DNA of 64,000 nucleotides from Spirogloea muscicola (lineage: Eukaryota), in contig WELB01000019.1 of the NCBI GenBank assembly GCA_009602725.1, forward strand, positions 927,438 to 991,437, in the 5' to 3' direction. Shown here one piece after another: positions 11,596 to 23,553 of the stretch. A program made the position numbers and the translations under genes. Below the pieces are notes generated by a model. That model worked only from the letters and a program-made list of their open reading frames with translations. It did not search any database and was not told where the DNA came from. Each line of letters begins with the position of its first letter. The stretch's first letter is position 1.

Positions 11596-12567
11596 TCACT
11601 GCTCGGTGGCGGGTTCCTGCGGTGGGGACTCGCTTTCTGCACCTCAACCATAGATAGCGCCTCTAGTCACGAATGTACAACAGTATCAATGCAAATGTAT
11701 ATGTACCATGGTGCTACCTCGAGCAAGTGACGATTGGTCATCAGGAAGCAGCAAGGTCAGGTTTGATGACTGGAAGGACAAGACAGGACGCGAGCAGGTC
11801 CTCATGCACAGGCCTCACCGCCCGGGGCCAGGCCCGTGAAGGTCGTCTTGGTGGTTGTCTCAGTTGTTGTGCTGGCCACAGGCTTGCCGCTCTCGTCCGC
11901 TATCGTGCCCTGCTGCTGCGCCGTATGCGTCGCCGTCGCCACCGGCTGGCCGCTCGCGCTCGTCGTTGTCTGCCGGCACGGCGACCGCAGCGCTCCATGA
12001 TCGCGTCAGAGTGACCAACGAAATGGGAGGAATTGCTACCTTATTACCCTCTACTTATGCTATGATGTTATTAGGGAGTTATCATCAATAGGATCTCCTT
12101 TCCTGACTGGATGTCACTCTAAACGCCACTCGCTATCGGCTGCTAAACGGCTCGTGCACGAGAGGCTAGCAAGCACACTAGTCCGCAGGTCATCGAACAT
12201 GGCAGATCAGTGCGAGTTCCGGGGTCGTTTAGAAGTGAAGGCGCAGGCACACCAACCTGCGTGGTGGTGCGACCGTCCATGTGGTCGTCCAGCTTGTGCA
12301 GGAGGCCGCTGGCTTGCTTCACGTAGCTGCCGTACTCGGACTTCTGGACCGACTGGCGAGCCAGCACGACTAGAAAGCCGGTCACAGATCGGCAAGGCGA
12401 CTCGAGCCGCGGCCCTCCGACGGCGGCGAGGGCGGACTAGCGGCGTGCAATGAGGCCTCACCGCATTCGCCGCCGCCTTGTCGACGAGGCCCACGGCCTG
12501 GTCGAGGTACTTGCCGTAGTTGCCGGCCGCCCCGCCTGCCGCCGGCGCGCCCGCCGCCGGCGCCGCG
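11596..12567 (-). CDS. Small hydrophilic protein, weakly like nodulin-related protein 1; four visible exons, 5' end lost at the N
   Basis: Exons 12462-12567, 12257-12352, 11819-11969 and 11596-11636 have GT-AG ends and join in frame: AGNYGKYLDQAVGLVDKAAANA / SVQKSEYGSYVKQASGLLHKLDDHMDGRTTTQ / TTTSASGQPV...TFTGLAPG / ESESPPQEPATEQ*. Confidence 0.65.
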
Positions 12568-12929
12568 NAGCGGCGGCGGCGGCGGCGGCGGGTGGTTGCA
12601 ACGGCAACAGCACTGTCGGCGGGCGGGCGGGTCGTCGGCTGCTGTTTTCTTCTCCGCTTCTTCCGCTACCCAGTTACCAGTTAGCTAATCAGTTGTATCT
12701 CTAGTTTCTTTTACCAGCAGCCGCATCCTCTTAGATGATCAGATCTGCAGGTTACTCTGACTTGCGTCTGCTTAGTCAGGGTTGCTAAGCTCCCATTCGC
12801 TTTACTCTCTTGCATATCTAAGCGCTTGTCTAGCCCTTTCCAACTTGTGTTCATTCTTCTTCTGGGCTGGCCAATCACAACCACTGCCCTATACTGAAGT
12901 GGAAGTGTGTATTGAAAGATACACACATA

Positions 12930-13680
12930 CACACTTCCACTGTATTGAAAGATGGAGGGCCTATGTGGCCAAGTAGAAAGGCAAGCACATTGACAGTTGT
13001 ACATCACCTGCTGCTAAGCTGACCCGCTCAGTAACCACGAGTTAGCACATGGAGATTGCTACTGATGCCCGAATACCAGACAGCAATTGACAAGCACTTC
13101 TGCCACCAGGCTCGACCTGCTCTCTGGTGCGAAGCATGAGCTTGAGCTCGCTGCAAACAGGCTGACACACGACGTCGCAAACTCGTCAAATAGGCTGCCG
13201 ACATGCCCATCTTGTACTTGGCCATTTGGCCTACATTTGTTTCAGATACACGGAATTCTCTCCATCTCGGCTGGATGTTCTCAAGTAGGGTACAAAGACG
13301 TGTAGAGCCACTTTCTACTGGGAGAGCCACTTTGAGAGAGCCGATTTCTTTTCCCTACTGGAACGTCTTTGATCTGCACTTGCTGCACTTGCTGACTGGA
13401 GGTTATTGAGCGTCCACTAGCAGAGGTCACGGACAATATTTTCGCGTTCCATGCACCTTCCGGCCCTGTCAGACGGTGTACATTGCCTTTGGGCTTTGTT
13501 GCTCACACGTGGATACTGAGCAGCCATCTGCATCTCCCTCTGCACCGTCTTGCACTTTGTAGTGTAGTCCTTTTTCAGCACCTCTTTCTTCGGCTTTGAA
13601 CATTGTCCATTCTTTTTGGGTTGGCTTTGCCAGCCCCTCTTCTCAATGGACGAGCACCTTCTTCTTCTTTGGGCTGGCCT
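12930..13680. mobile_element. Cluster of CRE-like 3' fragments: a minus-strand family-A copy (~12930-13212) abutting plus-strand 3' ends (~13205-13680)
   Basis: Minus strand: MGMSAAYLTSLRRRVSACLQRAQAHASHQRAGRA..NLHVLTRGY*. Plus strand: TTGTACTTGGCCATTTGGCCTACA, DLHLL..TGGY*, and hairpin GGGTTGGCTTTGCCAGCCC followed by GGACGAGCACCTTCTTCTT. Confidence 0.75.
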
Positions 13681-13750
13681 CGCACATTCGTTGTAGTCCT
13701 TGCATAGCTGTGTGATTGCGCCCTTCGGCCCTTTGGACCTTGTTCAGTTA

Positions 13751-13980
13751 TTCTGGGCCATTCACAGCACCCGCCTCTTCAAAATGGCTCACGTCTTCTC
13801 ACAGAAAGTGGCTCTCCCAAAGGGGCGAGTGCTGTGGACAGCAAGCCCGAAACGATTGACATCTTTCTGGGCCATACACAGCACCCGCCTCTTCAAATTA
13901 GCTCACGACTTCTCACAGAAAGAACGTGGCTTTCCCAAAGGGGCGAGGGCTGTGTACAGCGAGACCGAAACGATTGACAA
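13751..13980. repeat. Two tandem ~115-bp units, each an imperfect palindrome
   Basis: TTCTGGGCCAT(T/A)CACAGCACCCGCCTCTTCAAA...AAGGGGCGAG(T/G)GCTGTG...CGAAACGATTGACA occurs twice. Confidence 0.85.
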
Positions 13981-14860
13981 AGTCCCAATGAGGCCGATAA
14001 GTGCTGTCCCAAAATTTACCCTGTAGAATAATCACTTAATAACCTCTATCTAGGAGCCAAGTCAGGAAGAATATATTACGGAAAGCAATTGCCTTGACGA
14101 AAGCCAGAGGCTGCAGCTAGAGCACGCAGATACAGGCGTGGGCCATGGAGCGCTGGAAGGGTACGGACAGGCACATACGCAACAGCTGCAATAGCGAGCC
14201 AGCGGCATGGACAAGCTAAGCTTGGCTGCACGAATGCGTGAGCAGTGATGCGAATGCATAGCACTCATGATGCTTCCTAAGCAGCTCCCTGGCAATAATT
14301 TATACCGAACAAATTATGGTATCATGCCATGTCCGTGAGGAGGTAAAACATCGGCAACCCAAGAATGGCATACATAGGACTCCAGGAAAAAGAAGTACCA
14401 TATTTTAATAGTGTGAAGATTATTCAAGAGGCAATCGCTATGTTCAGCCAGCCCAGTCCTTATATGTACATAAGCTGGCAAGGAAGGGGCTAGCAAGGTT
14501 GCAAATATTGCAGCTTGCATGACGCTGCCACTCTACCAAGCTATTATAGATTGGCAAAGGCAAAGCAAATCCAATGTAACAAAGTCAACACTTTCAGTAT
14601 GTGATGTTGGCCATGGAGAGTATTTGCCGCCTTGCTCTTGCCTTACTCTATCGTGGGCAAAGGCTGCATTGATCGGTCCACTGAAAAGAGTACGAGATTT
14701 GGGATCTTTGCTAAGCATGTCTGGCTTTAGGCCATGCAGTACGTTGAACCCTTACAAAGCAAGCCCCCAGATTGCTAGTCTGCAACGAGCAAAAAGTTGC
14801 CTTTCAAAGTAGTAGCAATAGCTACAGAGAAGAGCCTGAAGAGGGCTATAATGGAAAGGA

Positions 14861-17800
14861 TCAGGTACTAACACTCTTGTGATATGCAAAAGCATTAGCT
14901 TCTACATCCATATCACTCTCACTAGTACAAAGCAGCAGACTACTGTTTGATTTCTTTCTGCAAGGGGAAGAGCTGCTTTTGCAATCTCTAGACGCCTTAA
15001 TGTATGCATGCATCACTGAGCAGTTGCCGTCGCAGGTTGTTGCTGGGAGCTTGCCTACTTGCTCTTGCTCTGTAGCATCAACATGGGCACTCACAGACTT
15101 CTCAGTACTAAAAGCCTCCTCAGAAATCAGCTCGCTTTGCTTTGAGGTAAGTCCAGCAGGATCTGCAGGGAGCTTGTCCAGTCCACCCACCTTCAGATGT
15201 GCGACAGTATGGCACACAAACCCCCTTGATACACAGACGAGGGCAGCCGTGGGCCCGGCCCCCCTCACTCGGCCCAAAACGGCCATGGCATCCTGTTTTT
15301 CAACCACTGTCTCCTCAGTGGTCTTCACGTCCGTTGTCATTGTTGTCACTGATGCTTGCTGCATTGTCATTGGCTCCACCTGTGCTCCAGTCGTGAATGG
15401 CGAAGCCGTGACAATCCCTTTGCCTGCAGCTGCCCAAGGGCCTGAGACAAGATCCGCAACAGAGCCCTGCTCATCCCCAGTCGCTGGCATGCCATTGGTA
15501 CACGACATCAGAAATTGGCAGTCTTGCTGGAAACCCATCCATGGGTCTGATGACGAATCGACTTTTGGAGAGCGCTGAGAGAAGCATAGCTCCACTTCCT
15601 TGTAGAGCATTGAGGAGCCAGGGAAGACGAGAAACTGAAGCTCTGCTTGCAACCTCCGTAGCTGCAAAAGCAATACATTCTTCAGGCCACCAATAGATAG
15701 TGACGAGGCTACTTCAAGTCAAGGTAATGAGTGCTGCATTCTCATCAGCCACCCCGGCTCACAAGGATGCAGTCCTTGATTTGATTCTGCAACAATGACG
15801 TACAGGTTGCACAATAGCCAGATACAGATACTGTGCCTCACACGAAGCCTAGAAGAGGCTCGGTCACACGGCAATAACCGAGCATATATCCTCAATCTCA
15901 CGGATAATCGGAATCTGAGGTATGACCTTGTCACCAGGTATGTGCTTGAAGTTGAATGCATTGAGCCATGTATGCTCAGCGCCCTCAGCTGCTGGAAGGA
16001 GAAGCATTTTGACCCCAAGGCGCGAAAGCAGGAGCTCCAAAGTGGACATAAGAGAGCGGCAGTGGCCCTGCAAGTCCGCAGCTTTGGTATTTCAGTGCTG
16101 CTGAAGCTACTAACTAATTGCTACCTCATACCTCCTCCATGTCTTTCTTATGTGACCTCCATATCTTGGACTCCACCTCGAACAGCTCACAAGACAACTG
16201 CAGAAATGCTCCTCTGCTGAAGGAGGGCAAGACAAGACCTGGCGCCGAGCGCTCGTGCATGTAGCTACAAGTGGGACTTCTGCGACCATCCTTCCAAAGA
16301 ATCGCACACATGCTGCCGATACAATCTTGTCCCTGCAGAATAATGAAGGCTAAGTGAGATTGATAACAAATGCATTGCTTCACTTTGCAATGCATTGCAC
16401 GAACAACATTAGCACAAAACAAAGCCCATGAAATAGCAACTATTAGAAGGGCTACAAGCCTAGATCCTCTGAGCAGCAGGACGATGTTTGATCAAAATGT
16501 CTGGTACAATCAGTTGCTTACTTGCTCTTGACAACGAAGCAGTGCATGCCTCCAAATTCATGATCTCGTGTGTTACGGCTGCAGACAACCCACATTGTGC
16601 ACAGGCAGAAAGTCAATGTGACCACATGGACTCTGCAACAAGAGCACCAAGCTAAGAGAAGAGCCATTCAGACTAAAGTCATACCTGTGAACCATCGTTG
16701 GAATGAGGTCCTTCCCAGTAGCAGCATCCACAATGGGATCAAACGAGCTCTGCACAAAAACTTACAAGTAGGTAAGTGAGTGGTTGCCACAGCCATTGCA
16801 TACCTTGAATATGAGTATGATTAGGCATGGATGACAAAACGTCACTGCAGCGGCTCTTTCTGGACAGGTGCAACATTGCATGTACTAGTCTGCTTGCAAC
16901 TTAAGAAGTTCTTTTGCTTACTGCAAAAAGATTGACAACGGAGGCCAGCGTGACGCCGTTGGCTGGGTCGCCTCGCCGTCCCTTGAGAAGCTGCCACGTT
17001 GACATGTCGCTGGTGGAGGTCGGGCCGACAGCTTTACTGTCCGCCAGCCGAAGGTTGTCAAGAGGAGCGGGACCCATCTCCAGAATGTCCTGAAGAGCGA
17101 CGTGTATGCTGCTGCAGTCGTTACTGCAGAACCAGTTGTCCTCGGGCAGTTCCTGCACATGTCATGTACAAGTAGAGGTCTGAAGTCAAAACAGTCAATG
17201 CCAACGCACTTTGTTAGCTTGGGGGCTTATCGTCCACATAGAAGGTGAATGCAGATTCTGAGTGTTCTTGAGTTTACAGTCAGATACAGCGCCACTCACC
17301 TTCAGGTTGGCCATGTCCTGGTCTCTCAGACACCCAACGTGGAATTCCCGCTCGCACTGCTTGTCAATAATGCCACAAGTCTGTTTAGCACAGCTGCAAC
17401 CTCCTATAGCTCCAGGATGGTGTCAAAGCGACAGCAAATACGTATGTGACATGACTCATGACTGCTCATGAATGCATTCGCGCTATGCAACTACCAGGTA
17501 CACTGCCTTGCATAAATAGCAAATGGATGGACACTTTCTGAGTCATAGTATCAAAAAATGTTGGGATATGAGCTTTCAGAACCTGATCACAGAGCATGAT
17601 AGTCCTTTCACCGAACGCGCCCTTAGTGAAGTCAGTGCACCTAGCACAGCAAGTTGCAGCCATATATACTCTCAGATCAAGACCTAAGAGAGCTTGTCTG
17701 CTTGGCCAGTAACAGCCGCTCTTAGTAACAGCCTCCTTCAGCAGGCAAAGTGCCATTCGCTTGGCGTGGAGGACGTAAATCACCTGCAAATCACACAGCC

Positions 17801-20800
17801 GCCGCCAACGTTCTCCAGCTCGTTGAGCAGGCGGCGGCAGCGGTCGACAGCAACCTCGGCCTCGTCCAAGCCCTTCTTGGCATGAGAGGCACCCTTGGCG
17901 CCGCTGCCGGGAGGCCTGCCCAACAGATTACAAACACCCACTGCCGAGCGTGTGCGGATTCCACAGCACACAGGGCAGTACCAGTCCCCACCAGGAATGC
18001 ATGCCAGCCCAACGCACTCTGAAATCATTTGCAGACACAAACACACAGTCACATGTGAAGAGATTTCAATTAAGGGCTCTCGAAGAATGACTTCAGAAAG
18101 GCCTGAAGTCAGCACTCAAAGTCTGAGTCTAGCGAAGGCAATGGCAGAATCCACTTGCAGTCCAAGAAGCAACAGAATACTATAAACCCCAACCTCCAAG
18201 CTTGGCATCCTCTAATAGTCACATGGCACGAGTACAGGCAAGACAGAACCCGGATACTCAAGAAGGCAAGAAGGTGACTACCAGCATGCAAGCACTGTCT
18301 CAACTCACCGGGATGGTACGCTGCCGGGCAGCTGTCGCAGAGGACAAGCTCACCACCGTCCCCGCACTCTCCGCAGGTGTCCGCGCTGCCATCCTCACCA
18401 ATCACCAGGCTGCCCCCCGCCATGTCAGTCAGCTCGCTCGTGAGCACGACCGCAACCTCGTGCAATGACCGCCCGTCCTTGAGGTAGATGCTGTTGTACC
18501 TGCAACAGCAAGGACGGTGGCATGACTGATCAACAGCATTGCCAGACATCCTTCAGTCCAGCTGCCAACAGCTGCCAAAAGCTGCCAAAAGTGCAAGCAG
18601 TTGGACAAAACGAATTCTGGCCACTAACGTAAGCAATACGCTTGCACTGCGATTGTTAACTCAAGAGATGCTGGCACAGGCCACTTCAAGGCCATAGCAA
18701 GGCCAGGGCAACGAGCAATGGCAGGACCAAGGTGGCATTCTGCGGAGCAATACGATAAGATGCTCACGGGTTACGCCGAGTCCCGTGTCCAGCGTGCAGC
18801 TCAAACTGCGAGCAGCTCACCTGTTATTGCCAATGCTTTTCACTTTATGAGTATATGAGATCATCAACATAAAGCAGCGCTAGGAGAGTACACCCCAGAG
18901 AGAAATACTGAGACTTCTGTCAGTCTGTTGGAAAACGTCCAAAAATGACGCCAGAACCCATTTGAGAGGATCAATGCATCTTCTTTCAGTATGCAAGCTG
19001 GACGTGCAGAGCAGCTCACCACAGCTTGGCAGCACTCGCAGAGGATGCCAATGCCTTGCTTGACGCCGCTCAGACATGTCTGCAGGTCGGCTCAACATCT
19101 CAAACTTGTCATCCTATGATTTACCAAAGTTGTATACGTCCTCCAAGGCTTGAGACTATAACAGCTGTCGTCCAATCCTCTGAGCGATGCACGCACAAGA
19201 GCAGCAGAGCCCATCATTGTGAGTCGGCAGCTGAGGCTTCGACTTGCACCTGGCCCTTGAGGATGTACGCCAGCTCAACTCCATCCGGTAGTCCATTCTT
19301 CAAGAACAGCGCCTTATGCTGCGACGCTGCATCTCTGGATGGAGATCGCCGCATTGACTTGGCAATTGTCAAGTCAGGCAGCCAAGACGCAGGCACAGTG
19401 CAACCGAGGGCATAGCTCTATATCTCAAAATGCTCAAATCATGCCCTAACAAAGGTCGTAATAAGTCTTAGCCCTCCACTTAAGGGCTAAGACTTATTAC
19501 GCATACACCCCGTTGCTGACCTGATCTTGACCCGAGCCTGGTGAAGTGGCGGCGCTAGCCGCTGCAGGTGCTCGACAGCTCCGGCAGGCCCCCGAAGCTC
19601 CTTGGCAGCCCACCCGGCAGAAGCTCCAGACTCGACCGGCAGCAGGCCCCCACTCTCTACACAAGCTTGGCGGGAGCGACATCATGAGAGCGCACAAGAG
19701 CCGGGCAAGCTGATCCCCCAGCTTGCACATGCTTCCAGCCAACCACAATGTCATTTGACAGCCTTAACTGCAGACAGAACCAAAAATACCAGGAAACAGT
19801 GGGAATTGAATCTTGACGAAACAGGACTTTTATGACTCTGACCAGGTCGACCATCGCCGCCACACGGTTGTCTGCTGGCGGCGCCGTCTCTCGTTGCAGG
19901 AATGTTAAGGCCTGCGACCGCTGCCCGCATGTTCGCCAGCGCCTGGGCCCTGTCGCCCTTGGCCTGCGCCGCGGCCTCGATCACGTCACGGAAGCACCGC
20001 CCATTCTCCAGGTGGATGTACTCGCTCGGGTGCCGCGCGTTGCTTCCCGCGTGATTCTCAAACAGCGTCACTGTCACAATCTGCAACAGAGTTGATGCAA
20101 CAGCCAAGACCGGCCATGGCCGCCGGATCAACGCCCCCGCTGAGGACCCATATGACCATGCTGCGGTTGCGCTCACCCAGCAGGCTGCTCCAGGGCGTCA
20201 CAGGCCTTGCTCGTCAGAAGGACTATATGTTATGTCATGTCATGTTAAGATATGTTATTGTGATTTATGTTATGTTACCTATGCTGCAAACACAAGTGAC
20301 AGCCAAGACAAGGGCTTCTCAACAGACATATCAAGGGACCGGAGTGAAGCTCGCGTTTGCACCTCTTGACCTTTGCAGAGGCGGCAGTCGCAGCAGATCC
20401 CCCCCTGCCGCACTGTGCCTGTGAGCCAAACCTGCACCCCAGCATCCACAGATGCAGGCCTTCGGCAGTCAGGTGGCTGCGCCGCCGGCTGTCACAAAGC
20501 AGAGCACACGCCGTCTTTCCGACAAGAGGGTGTCGATGGACTGAGCAGAACTCACCGCATTGCTGCGGTCCTGGTACTGCACGCGCAGGCCCTCGAGCAC
20601 GCCCGACGCCAGCAGTGTCTTGGAGTTGGTCGGGATGTCGTTGCTCGGGAAGAACAGTGCCGCTGCTGCCGGTTGCGCCGCCACCGCCTTGGGAATGGCA
20701 GCGGGGCTTGGGAGCGGCGCCCTCGGCAAGGCCGGCGGCGGCATCGTGGACGACGCCGCTGCTGGCAGTCGCTTGGCGCAGTTGGTGTGCCCGCGCTTGG

Positions 20801-22214
20801 GCTCGCCGCACTTGCTGCAGCGGTACCGGAGGCCGATGCGGGCCAGCGACGCCCGGCTCCGCACCTCGCCGTTGGGCCCGACGACGCCGCGCCCGAACGC
20901 CAGCGGCATGTACCTCGGCACCAACGCCGCCACCGCCGCTTCTGCCGCCACGGCATTAGGCGACGACGCCACTGCGCAGGCCTGGCTGGGGGTGCTGGCT
21001 GTGGCCGCCACGGTGTCGCTGCCGCCGGCGCTGCCGTCCTCGTCGCCGCTGCTCGCCCAGCCGCTGCCAGCGTCTTCCTGGCTGGCCTCCGGCAGCGGCC
21101 CGCCGCCGCAACTTGGCTGGCCCCACTGGCCAACTTCGCTTACGTCCATTGCCGGTGCAGCGGCTGCTGGACCGGGCGTGCCACCGGCCCCGAGGAGGCC
21201 GATCCGACCGGCGAAACAAAAACCCTCAACGTCGACCTCCACAGCCGCAGTAAGCGGCGCCATCGCCCCGGCGTCGTCGCCGCTCGCAGCGTCGCCACCG
21301 CTGCCGGCGAGCTGCTGCCGCACGCTGTGGTGCTTGCGAGCCCGGGAGCCGCCGCCGCTGCCCCGGCGCTTGCCCGTTGAGGAGCGACTCGAGCTCTTAA
21401 CCGGCGGCGAGGGGCTCGGCATCGCCACCGGCGATGGCGCCACCCCGCCGCCGGCACCGCCCTGCTGCAGCTCCTGCCACACCAGGCGGTGCTGGCAGGC
21501 CACGTCGCTGCACCGCCGTCGCCAACCGCGGCACTGGGTGCACGGGCACGTTGCCCGGTGCTCCATCTGGCGCAAGCCGCGCGGCGTGGCGGCGCTCGCC
21601 GTCAGACAGAAGCTCGGCAGTCTGCAGCGGCTGCTGACATGCACTTCGGCGTGTGGGAGGCAGCCGCTCACCCAGCCCCACCGCCCCTTGATGAGGTACC
21701 CGCGGTCGGTGCCGCCGCTGCCGCTGGTGCTCGCCGGGCCGGCATCGCACGCAGCCGCCGGTAGCTCGCCGGCTCGGTCATTGTCGGAGGCCGCCGTCTG
21801 AGGCCTCTGCACCTCCTCTGACACCGTATCGTGAGGCCCGTTGCCGAGCATGCCTGGTGGGCCAACAACGGCGGCATCGCCAGTGCCAGGTAGCGGCATG
21901 CTGGCGTCAATGTTGACGGGCACGGGCACTGGCACTGGCACTGGCACTGGCACCGGCAGGGGCGACCGGCGGGCGACGGACGGCAGCGGCAGCGCCGAGC
22001 GCCGGGCCACGGCGGGCATCTTCAGCAGAGGCACGGGCTTGTCTGCCGGCGGCAGCTGTGCCCTGCCGGTGCTCGTCGCAGGGCCGCCAGCACTGCCATC
22101 TCCGCCTCCTCCGTCAGCAGCCGGCCGGCTCTCGTGCAGACTGCGGCCGCCGACGTCGCCGCCTGCTAAGCTCTCGGCGGTGGAGGCGTCGACCATCCCT
22201 GGGAACCGGCACAT
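14861..22214 (-). CDS. IDM1-like chromatin protein: two Tify-domain-binding (TDBD) domains, two PHD fingers and a GNAT acetyltransferase; start uncertain near the gap
   Basis: IPTNSKTLLASGVLEGLRVQY, FENHAGSNARHPSEYIHLENG, HKALFLKNGLPDGVELAY, CGECGDGGELVLCDSCPAAYHPECVGL..GDWYCPVC, CDQCEREFHVGCL, AEVPLVAT..RRQGHCRSL, LLLPAAEGAEHTW. Confidence 0.9.
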
Positions 22215-22394
22215 GACGCGCTCAGCGCCGCCGCGGCGTCGGCGGCGGCGGGGCCGTCGCCGGCCCAGCGCCGNNNNNNNNNNNNNNNNNNNNNNNNNNN
22301 NNNNNNNNNNNNNNNNNNNNNNNNNNNNNNNNNNNNNNNNNNNNNNNNNNNNNNNNNNNNNNNNNNNNNNNNNNNNNNNNNNNNNNNNNNNNAG

Positions 22395-23468
22395 GTGCTG
22401 CTCGAGCAGGGGGAGTTGCGGGGCGAAGAGATTGACCTGATTGTGGCCGTGTACCCCCCCGGCACGACGGTCGAGGCCGTGGACGCAGAGGCCAAGCGGG
22501 GGCAGCTGCCGCCCTGGGAAGCCCTGGATGCGCTCGCAGGTGCTGCGCCTCCGCTGCAGGAGCAGGAGGAGCTGCTCCTGCCGCTACCCGCCTGGATCTC
22601 CGATGCCTCGGCGCCGCTGGAGCTGGCAGGGGAGCAGCCGCAACACCTGAAAGAGGAGGACGAGCCGCACGAGGGGCCTGTCGCTCTGGAAGCAATTTCT
22701 CAAGAGCTCGCTGCAGGAGACCACGACGTGGGCGATGTGGCAAGGGACGGCCCGGCAGAGGAGCTCGTCCCGTTCGGCGATGATAGCTCCGCTGTGGGAG
22801 AGGAGCTGGCGGTGGCCGGCGCCGGGCTGGCGATCTTGGCACCCTCCCCCGACGACGCAATCATGTACGTCGGGCGGCTGCTGCCCATCTCAGAGTCCGA
22901 GGCCACCCTACTGCTGCCGGAGGCCAGCTCCGATGGCGCGCCCGTGGAGCTTCTCGCAGCCAAGGGGAGCGATGAGGAGGGTGCTGGGGAGGAGCAGCAG
23001 CATGGCGAGCAGCCCGGCGAGGCGAACGGGTTCAGCGGTGGCAAAGCGGCGGAGCTGAGCGAGCCTGGAGAGCCGGAAGACTACCACGACTTGCCCGCTG
23101 CCTCGCCCGCCCTTCAGCTGGCAGATGCCCCCTCGGTGCCGGACCGAACCCCAAATGAGGAGCGGGAGGGCGACATGAGGCCGGCCAGGAGCGAGGCAGG
23201 GGAGTCGGAAGGCGATGGCGACTCGGCGGCTGCCTCGTCCGCGCCTCAGGTGGCAGCGGCCCTCTCGGCGCTGGGCCGAGATGCAGGCGAGGACGACGGC
23301 GAGCAGGGCGGCGACGACGCTAGGCCAGCTGGCGGCAAGTCCACGAACGGCGCGGGCCCGTCCGGTGCCGCTGCCGCGCCGCGAGTGCCAGAGCCGGCGG
23401 AGCCCGCGGGCGCCGGCTCATCTGCCGCGCCGCGGAGAGCAGGCGAGCCGCCCGCAGGGCGCGACTAG
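22395..23468 (+). CDS. Terminal exon of an FtsHi1/ARC1-like chloroplast AAA protein, with a long acidic low-complexity extension; the rest of the gene is missing
   Basis: AG immediately after the gap, then VLLEQGELRGEEIDLIVAVYPPGTTVEAVDAEAKRGQLPPW, which resembles the plant FtsHi1 C-terminus as recalled (VLLxQxExxGExIDxIxxxYPPxT...GxLP). Confidence 0.6.
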   Translation: MLLEQGELRGEEIDLIVAVYPPGTTVEAVDAEAKRGQLPPWEALDALAGAAPPLQEQEELLLPLPAWISDASAPLELAGEQPQHLKEEDEPHEGPVALEAISQELAAGDHDVGDVARDGPAEELVPFGDDSSAVGEELAVAGAGLAILAPSPDDAIMYVGRLLPISESEATLLLPEASSDGAPVELLAAKGSDEEGAGEEQQHGEQPGEANGFSGGKAAELSEPGEPEDYHDLPAASPALQLADAPSVPDRTPNEEREGDMRPARSEAGESEGDGDSAAASSAPQVAAALSALGRDAGEDDGEQGGDDARPAGGKSTNGAGPSGAAAAPRVPEPAEPAGAGSSAAPRRAGEPPAGRD

Positions 23469-23501
23469 CAGGCAGGCTGCGTAGAGAGATTGCAAACTGC
23501 C

Positions 23502-23521
23502 ATGGACAGAGACAGGCCGCT

Positions 23522-23553
<32 letters not shown>

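Noticed and set aside
20357..21801. Long plus-strand ORFs opposite the IDM1-like first exon
   Set aside because: These are antisense shadow ORFs in GC-rich coding sequence with no recognisable motifs.
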